From IMG/VR virus record IMGVR_UViG_3300044796_000330: a stretch of DNA of 64,000 nt. One strand, written 5' to 3'. The notes under the pieces were generated by a model that saw only the letters and a list, made by a program, of their open reading frames with translations, made no database searches and was not told the DNA's origin. The stretch comes from an uncultured virus (IMG/VR IMGVR_UViG_3300044796_000330) (taxonomy: Duplodnaviria; Heunggongvirae; Uroviricota; Caudoviricetes). How positions within the stretch are numbered: position 1 is the stretch's first letter; every line of letters starts with the position of its first letter. Positions 57,698 through 64,000 of the stretch are shown in pieces. A program made the translations under genes and the position numbers.

Positions 57698-58412
57698 CAC
57701 ATCTGAGATCAAGAAGAAAAAGAAGTGGCCAGATTTTATACGGAATTCTCCGGCCACACAAATAAAAACAATCGAGAAGGCATTTGAAAAGATAGGATTG
57801 GCTGATTGCGAGGAAAATGTCGATCGTGTCATAACTTTGCGTGGGGTGAAGAAGCGCGGAGAGAAGAAAGCACAAAAAGCACAGCAGATCGGCAATCTTC
57901 GTATCGTCTTTTCATCGAAGCCTTGGGATATCGCTACGATGAGTATGCGCGGTATTGAATCCTGTCAGAGGTGGTCATCTAACGCTCATAGAAACGCTCT
58001 TGTTGGATCTATGATTGATCCTTATGCTGGAATTATCTACCTTACGGATGGTAAGGGTGGCGGCAAGGGAAAACGTATGTTTGCCCGTGCTGTGGTTAGA
58101 ATTATCGCGGATAAGATAATTGGAACACCATACCTCTTCTTGGAGACAGTATATCTCAATGATAAAGTTATACCATACTATGGGACTTACGATAGTATCT
58201 ATAACGCCTTTGCATCTTTTCTGCGAAAAAAGACAAGGAATATGACGATATTGGATCGCAAGTATGTGGCTGGAATCGGAATACCTACGTCAGACCACAT
58301 TAGGAAACTTCCGGGTAGATACTTATCTTATCGAGATAGTCATCTATCATACATTCCTTCCACAAAATTTCGCAAGGAATTCAAGAAGATAGAAGCGCTA
58401 ATTGACGTTTAA
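57690..58412 (+). CDS. TMSMRG-family paralog 7 (short form, outlier)
   Basis: AFEKIGLADC; WDIATMSMRGIESCQRW; VGSMIDPYAGIIYLT; LETVY; YRDS. Confidence 0.85.
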   Translation: MFDTSEIKKKKKWPDFIRNSPATQIKTIEKAFEKIGLADCEENVDRVITLRGVKKRGEKKAQKAQQIGNLRIVFSSKPWDIATMSMRGIESCQRWSSNAHRNALVGSMIDPYAGIIYLTDGKGGGKGKRMFARAVVRIIADKIIGTPYLFLETVYLNDKVIPYYGTYDSIYNAFASFLRKKTRNMTILDRKYVAGIGIPTSDHIRKLPGRYLSYRDSHLSYIPSTKFRKEFKKIEALIDV

Positions 58413-58480
58413 CGATTTCTGGGCATTCTACTGCATTTTCTTATGCAGCATTCCTCAGGCACCGCTAAATCGACTCTATT

Positions 58481-59035
58481 TTGGCAACAACTCAACGGAA
58501 TACTCTCTATCATTGGGATATTGATTTCCCTATTAGCATTGTTCATATGAGTTTCACAATGAAAAAGACAAGCAAGAAAAAAGTGAATCTGACCTACGAA
58601 GATAAGTTGGAGCTATTTGAATCTGATTTGTATAATGCAATGGACAAATGGATTATGTCTGGTAGGAAAATTTCCTCCTGTTTGGGGGATTTTTATGTGA
58701 ATACGAGGAATCGAACAGTTTTCTGCAATCCTTTTGCGGCTCTTATTGTGCAAAACAAAATCAAGATCAGGTGTGTATATTTATCTGGCAGGGATATAGA
58801 CTACGATTCAACGATTAGAAATACACTCGCGCAAGCATACGGTCTTCCCAATATCTTTGTTCGTGGCTACGAACGAGGATTTGTGAGTCCAGCAATGACT
58901 TCGAAAGAATACCTAAAAGGATACCTGCCTGTTTCGGAAAACGATCTTGATGTCCTTCACGATGGGGCTAAGAGAGGACAATCTCTTGCCTTGGCGACCT
59001 CTCACATACTCTACAACGTCTACAACGACGGATGA
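58481..59035 (+). CDS. hypothetical protein (helical family H; true start probably ATG 58547 or 58559)
   Basis: LELFESDLY..; NPFAAL; AQAYGL..FVRGY..GF. Confidence 0.55.
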   Translation: MATTQRNTLYHWDIDFPISIVHMSFTMKKTSKKKVNLTYEDKLELFESDLYNAMDKWIMSGRKISSCLGDFYVNTRNRTVFCNPFAALIVQNKIKIRCVYLSGRDIDYDSTIRNTLAQAYGLPNIFVRGYERGFVSPAMTSKEYLKGYLPVSENDLDVLHDGAKRGQSLALATSHILYNVYNDG

Positions 59036-59352
59036 TTACGATTACAGATAAAGCCGTGGAAAAGCTTAAAGAATTCGCAGATAGCGAAGGCTTATCTTTG
59101 TCCGTAAGGGTGAAGATATTAGGCGGTGGGTGCTCAGGCTATTTGACAGACTTCTCATTCGACGAAGCTGCAATCGATACCGATGAATTATTTGAAGATA
59201 AGGGAATCAGAATTATCGTGGATATGTTATCCAACCAATATTTAGAAAGCACAGTCATAGATTACAGTGAAGGTGTATTTGAAAGCGGATTTGTGTTTAT
59301 CAATCCGAATGAAACTGGCCGATGTGGCTGCGGCAAAAGTGTTGCATTTTAG
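59032..59352 (+). CDS. IscA/HesB A-type Fe-S carrier
   Basis: ITITDKA, GGGCSG, IDY..GFVF.NPN..CGCGKS. Confidence 0.92.
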   Translation: MITITDKAVEKLKEFADSEGLSLSVRVKILGGGCSGYLTDFSFDEAAIDTDELFEDKGIRIIVDMLSNQYLESTVIDYSEGVFESGFVFINPNETGRCGCGKSVAF

Positions 59353-59741
59353 AAAGACAATTACCTGAATAACGAAGAACTTCGACTGAAGCTTATCGAG
59401 ACGTTTGCCCATACGACTTATAACCTCGTTGAGCCGAGTGAAGATATCTATAAGGAGGTTGAATCAACGTTCCTCAGCTATATTGTTGGATCTCTGAGAG
59501 TTGCTATCGAAAACGATAATGACAGCATTATACTCGACACTTTGCCTCTCATAAATACACAAATACCATATAAGCAACAACATAGGCATTGGGTGGCGTA
59601 TGCACCTGGAATAACTCATAAACTTATGAGTCTTGGCGTTCCATTTGTTCGTAGGGATTATACCTCTGGTAGTGTGCAATTCGAATTATTCGTGGATGAA
59701 TTGAAATCGTTCTGCGATGCCGAAAAGATGGGTATGCTACT

Positions 59742-60079
59742 ATGAGTAAGAAGGAGCAAAACCAATACTTCAAATGCTTCAGCAAGATTCGTCCAGGCGA
59801 TAGCGTTATCATTTGGTTGAATGCCTTCGGTTGTTATTCAAATGAGGAGCATCATTTGTCAGAACCAATTCCTATTACTGGATATTATGAAGACTTCACA
59901 CCGACCGTTCTACTTGAAACAGATTATAGATACGGGTTTCCAGCCTGGGAAGACTCAAAGAAGGGCGGACGTGGGCAAAATACTCCGCCAACGTAGGCAC
60001 GCACGCATATGCAAGATGGACAAATGGGCATGCGGTGAGAGTAGCAAAGATTGTAAAGGGGCACAATGTCAAGACATAA
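59742..60079 (+). pseudogene. frameshifted member of the C..K/R.R.GD family
   Basis: N-half KCFSKIRPGD; family C-terminus (GTHAYARW..RVAKIVKG) lies in the -1 frame, open 59930-60079. Confidence 0.55.
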
Positions 60080-60428
60080 CGAAGGAAGAGAATACGCAAT
60101 CAAGGTTCTTGCAGAGAAGAATGAAGTTGTGCTTCACTGCAACGGCAATAGTATGAGACCAATTATAGCACCGAAAGAAGCCATACTTATTCGTAAGGTG
60201 GCGCCGGAACTCCTCCGAGAGGGAGATGCTGTATTTTGTCGAATCAAGGGAGCGCTACAAGTGCATAAAATTACACACATCGACAGCAAACGAGGCCGTT
60301 GGGAAATTTCCAATAACCTTGGTTTCCGAAATGGAGAAATCGGCGCTGGTTCTATCTATGGACTTGCTGTGAAGGTCGAAGATCGTGTTCTTGTGTCGGA
60401 TGAGGAATTGGCAAAGCGAGCGCAGTAG
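60066..60428 (+). CDS. S24/S26 peptidase-like protein
   Basis: GNSMRPII..GDAVF..VHKI. Confidence 0.6.
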   Translation: MSRHNEGREYAIKVLAEKNEVVLHCNGNSMRPIIAPKEAILIRKVAPELLREGDAVFCRIKGALQVHKITHIDSKRGRWEISNNLGFRNGEIGAGSIYGLAVKVEDRVLVSDEELAKRAQ

Positions 60429-60435
60429 TTAGTAA

Positions 60436-60807
60436 ATGACTCCACAGGAACAAGCAAATTACAAACGCTGTTTTCGCAAGATTAAGCTTGGCGATCACGT
60501 GCGTGTGTATATCCAAAATGGATATCCATCTCTGAATAAAGGAGATAATGTCTCGTCTTGGTTAGAGGTTGTTGCGTTGTTTATGAGTCGCGGATTTGTA
60601 GAGGCCATCAATGTTGAGAGCAACGATAACTATGACTTCAATCTAATTGATAAGGTTAGTCACGTAGCAAGAATGCGCAATCAACATAACTACATTGTAT
60701 CAGATACCGCTGGAACGCACGAGTTTCAACAGTGGCTTTACTATGACGCAGAGACCGGGCTTATTTCTGATATCAGGAAAAAAGCAATCAAGGAGATAAC
60801 AATGTGA
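60436..60807 (+). CDS. hypothetical protein (C..K/R.R.GD family)
   Basis: YKRCFRKIKLGDHV. Confidence 0.55.
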   Translation: MTPQEQANYKRCFRKIKLGDHVRVYIQNGYPSLNKGDNVSSWLEVVALFMSRGFVEAINVESNDNYDFNLIDKVSHVARMRNQHNYIVSDTAGTHEFQQWLYYDAETGLISDIRKKAIKEITM

Positions 60808-62767
60808 AGGCCGTACTCCACCAACTAGCAGAAGTAGAACTGCTATAAACCTGAATAGCAACTGTGTGTGAGTTTCCTGGCGTCAGTCCAGTAAATGGAT
60901 ATGTGCTATTCATTGTTTGTGAGCCTACGAAATTAACATTCTGAACCAATGTAGATGGACTTGCGACAACGGAGTCCAATAACATCCTTGTTTGAAGTTG
61001 AATATTGGCGGCAGATGTTTGGCAGTATGCCGAGAAATGTGCTATAATGGATCCGCTTGACCCAATAGTAATGCTCGCTTGTGCAAGCGTCTGGAACACA
61101 GCCGTTCCTTGGAGAGTGTTTCCTACCGATGTTGCCACTTTACCTGCTGGTGGCTGATTGCAAGTTATCGTTGTTCCATCATAGTTAACTGTATATATGC
61201 TTGCCGTTGGCCCTGAAATTACGGTAGATGATGCCCCGGCCTCAATAATAATGGCAGTTGATATGCTGATATTCGGCACCTGCGTCAGATCAAGAATCTT
61301 GGTATATCCACCGGCATGATTCGGGAAAATGATGGTAATGATATTACCAACTGCCCCACCGTTAGTAACGGTTCCTGACATTCTAATACAGTAGCAGTTG
61401 TATTGAGTATTGCTTAATGTTAGTTGGTATGTGCTATTCACAACGGTCGTTGGAACCGTAACATTGGCGATACCGAAGCAAAGTGGATTGTTAGTTGCCG
61501 AGTCTCCGACTAATGGAGCATCAAGAACGTTGGTTCCATTTTGAACTTGAAGTGCTAATGCACCATTCCCATCGTATAGTTTAAGAGTTCCATTATTTGC
61601 TGTATTAAAGGATGCTCCTGGTTGTATGGAAATGCTTCCACCCGATGCAGTCGATGCATTGGACACACCACCTCTAATTAAGAGTCCCCCGCCAGTACAA
61701 GCGCTGGTTCCGCCCGTTCCGCCCTGACCGCCTTCCAAAATCAGTAATCCACCACCACCGGCAGTTCCGCCAGCTCCGGCGATAATGTTGATTTGGCCAC
61801 CCTGCAAACTGGTTGAAGCCCCGCCATAGATATTAACGTTCGTCCCAAAAACCCCGGTTGGCACTGTTGCTGGCTGCAATTGGAAGTTAACACCAGAAGC
61901 TAAATTGGGGGTAAAATTCCAAGGTGATAAGGTTGCTGTTCCAAGCGATCCATATGACCCTGCTCCACCGAGACTCAGTGTTTGCGTCGTGTCGTTCCAA
62001 GAGATACCAAGTGATTGTAGGATTGTGCCAGAAATACTTCCGAAAAGAATTTGGCTTGGGGTTAATCCGCCAACAGCAGGTCCGGTAAGTCCCTGTAATC
62101 CGCTTGGTCCGACTCCCGAATTTGCCGGAACGGTTGCCGCAGGAGCCGCATTGCCAGTATATCCAAGATTTTGTAGAACGACACTCGTTGTATTGGTAAC
62201 AGAAATAACCTTATAGTATCCGCCGTTCGTAATATAAACAACTTCTCCAGCTACCATCCAGTTGGAAAGAACAACAGGAACTGAAATATTGGTCAGGATT
62301 GCTGGTTGAACAAAACTTCCGGTCGTTGTCGTATAAGATGAGGAATTCCCACCCCACAGCGGTGGAACGATATTTAGGCTGGCGAAATTTGCTTCAGAAC
62401 TTGCGATTGTGGCTATAATTCCATTAACATATGGCGTGAATGTTGCGACAGACGGTATTGTGATGAATGGCGAGGCCGTATTTGATCCTGCCCAAAAACC
62501 AAAAGAGCCATTCATTATGCCAAAGGCCTGAACCTCATCAATTCTCGTTGATTTACCCCAAGCAATATCAAAAGTTTGAGCCCATGCTTGCGCTAATACG
62601 GAAAATTGAGAATAGTCCGCTACGGTCGTATCGGTATTGGTTACTTGAAAAGTAGTAATACCTGACTGTGCCCCCTGAAAAGCAAGAGCATAAACATCCG
62701 GATTTATCGGACTATATGATGTTGGTGCTGCAACTGCTTCAGCTTGTGGTCCCTTTGCTCCTGCCAT
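60788..62767 (-). CDS. fibre/spike-like virion protein
   Basis: 659 aa, T/S/G/N-rich beta character, short Gly-X-Y stretch (GPSGLQGLTGPA), repeated GG.I.I..G units. Confidence 0.6.
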   Translation of the reverse strand: MAGAKGPQAEAVAAPTSYSPINPDVYALAFQGAQSGITTFQVTNTDTTVADYSQFSVLAQAWAQTFDIAWGKSTRIDEVQAFGIMNGSFGFWAGSNTASPFITIPSVATFTPYVNGIIATIASSEANFASLNIVPPLWGGNSSSYTTTTGSFVQPAILTNISVPVVLSNWMVAGEVVYITNGGYYKVISVTNTTSVVLQNLGYTGNAAPAATVPANSGVGPSGLQGLTGPAVGGLTPSQILFGSISGTILQSLGISWNDTTQTLSLGGAGSYGSLGTATLSPWNFTPNLASGVNFQLQPATVPTGVFGTNVNIYGGASTSLQGGQINIIAGAGGTAGGGGLLILEGGQGGTGGTSACTGGGLLIRGGVSNASTASGGSISIQPGASFNTANNGTLKLYDGNGALALQVQNGTNVLDAPLVGDSATNNPLCFGIANVTVPTTVVNSTYQLTLSNTQYNCYCIRMSGTVTNGGAVGNIITIIFPNHAGGYTKILDLTQVPNISISTAIIIEAGASSTVISGPTASIYTVNYDGTTITCNQPPAGKVATSVGNTLQGTAVFQTLAQASITIGSSGSIIAHFSAYCQTSAANIQLQTRMLLDSVVASPSTLVQNVNFVGSQTMNSTYPFTGLTPGNSHTVAIQVYSSSTSASWWSTAFTLLSP

Positions 62768-62863
62768 ATGATATACTCCACAGTTAAATTCTGCTCAAAT
62801 TCGCAGAGAACATAACTTAATCCCGTTTTATTACCATTGCTCTCAATAACAAGGCATTTTCAT

Positions 62864-63046
62864 ATGGATCTTAATTCCATAATAGCGTTAGCGGCTTCAT
62901 ATGAAAGCCAAGTTGGCAAATTAGCAGCATCTCACGATAAAGATAAGTTGCTAAAACAAGCAACCATCGCACAAGAATTAGCTAATAAATGCGCCCGTGT
63001 AGCGCGTGAATTATACACAAAATACACAGAAGGAATTAAATTTTAG
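62864..63046 (+). CDS. small hypothetical protein
   Basis: NSIIALAASY N-terminus. Confidence 0.45.
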   Translation: MDLNSIIALAASYESQVGKLAASHDKDKLLKQATIAQELANKCARVARELYTKYTEGIKF

Positions 63047-63124
63047 GCTAGGCAAATTAGCAGTGAGTTATCCAACTACCGAATAGTTTAGTTGTTGTTT
63101 TGGGCCTATTATTGTATATCAAGT

Positions 63125-64000
63125 ATGAAACAGAATATAAAAGAACAAGCAATGCGAATGAGTGATAACTCACCAGTATTTGATATTTGGCACGGAGACT
63201 GTTTGAATAGGCTTAAAGATATTGAATCGAATATTGTTGATTTGATTATCACCTCTCCACCCTATGCGGATCAAAGGAAATCTACATACGGGGGCATCGC
63301 ACCGGATAGTTATGTGGAGTGGTTTTTACCGATCGCAAATGAGCTACGCCGCGTGTTAAAGCCAGATGGCACTTTTATACTGAACATAAAAGAGAAGGTA
63401 GTCTCGGGACAAAGGCACCCATATGTTCTCAAGCTAATTCTAGCGCTGATGGATAGTGAATGGATATGGACTGAGGAGTTTATATGGCACAAGAAGACAA
63501 GCGTGCCTGGTAAGTGGCCGAATAGATTTCGAGATGCCTGGGAAAGATGCTTGCAGTTCAATAAACAAAAAGCATTTTCAATGTATCAAGATGCGGTAAA
63601 AATACCAATAGGCGATTGGGCGAATACACGACTTAAAAATCTATCCGATGCAGATAAATCTAGGCACGAATCGGATACGAAAAGTGGATTCGGTAGAAAC
63701 ATGTCAAATTGGGTTGGAAAGGATACCGTATATCCAACAAATGTGCTGCATATGGCGGCAGAATGTGGCAATAAAAACCATAGTGCAGCATTTCCAAAGG
63801 CGCTTCCAGAATGGTTCATTAAGTTATTCACACAAGAAGGAGATTTCGTATTGGATCCATTTGCAGGCAGCGGCACAACATTATTTGCTGCCCGTGAATT
63901 AAACCGTAATTCTCTCGGCATAGAGATTGATGAACAGTATGTAAGGAACATTAAAAGCGACTATGAATACAAGTATAATATTGGAAACACAACGAGCCGT
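63125..64000 (+). CDS. beta-class N4-cytosine/N6-adenine DNA methyltransferase (runs off window)
   Basis: Manually translated: GDCL..VDLIITSPPY..RVLKPDG..HSAAFP..VLDPFAGSGTT..GIEID. Confidence 0.9.
   Translation, partial: MKQNIKEQAMRMSDNSPVFDIWHGDCLNRLKDIESNIVDLIITSPPYADQRKSTYGGIAPDSYVEWFLPIANELRRVLKPDGTFILNIKEKVVSGQRHPYVLKLILALMDSEWIWTEEFIWHKKTSVPGKWPNRFRDAWERCLQFNKQKAFSMYQDAVKIPIGDWANTRLKNLSDADKSRHESDTKSGFGRNMSNWVGKDTVYPTNVLHMAAECGNKNHSAAFPKALPEWFIKLFTQEGDFVLDPFAGSGTTLFAARELNRNSLGIEIDEQYVRNIKSDYEYKYNIGNTTSR

Noticed and set aside
1..64000. Genome-wide stop-codon reassignment
   Set aside because: Long conserved genes are intact in the standard code, and TAG, TGA and TAA all end genes at expected positions

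Overview
This is a 64 kb stretch of a large (jumbo-type) dsDNA bacteriophage genome, inferred from dense, mostly co-oriented (+) genes, bacterial RBSs and sigma70-type promoters; no capsid or terminase gene is visible here. Recognisable genes are GluRS, a type-2 IleRS, PTH2, ClpP, a J-domain protein, NAD-dependent ligase, a 5'-3' exonuclease, UNG (frameshifted), a UvrD-like helicase, two ADP-ribose-processing macrodomain enzymes, two phosphatases, peptidases, IscA, HNH nucleases, DNA methyltransferases and a fibre-like protein. Lipoprotein style weakly suggests a myxobacterial host. Main unexplained signals: (1) seven paralogs (six in one ~8.6 kb cluster) with an invariant TMSMRGxxSC core that also looks constrained at synonymous sites; (2) a promoter-driven ~230-nt structured RNA with a tRNA-like closing stem and GCCA end; (3) a compact H-type pseudoknot present three times; (4) two further structured non-coding regions; (5) two recurring upstream motif classes; (6) several expanded small-protein families. 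All calls come from reading motifs and base pairing by eye; no searches or folding programs were run.
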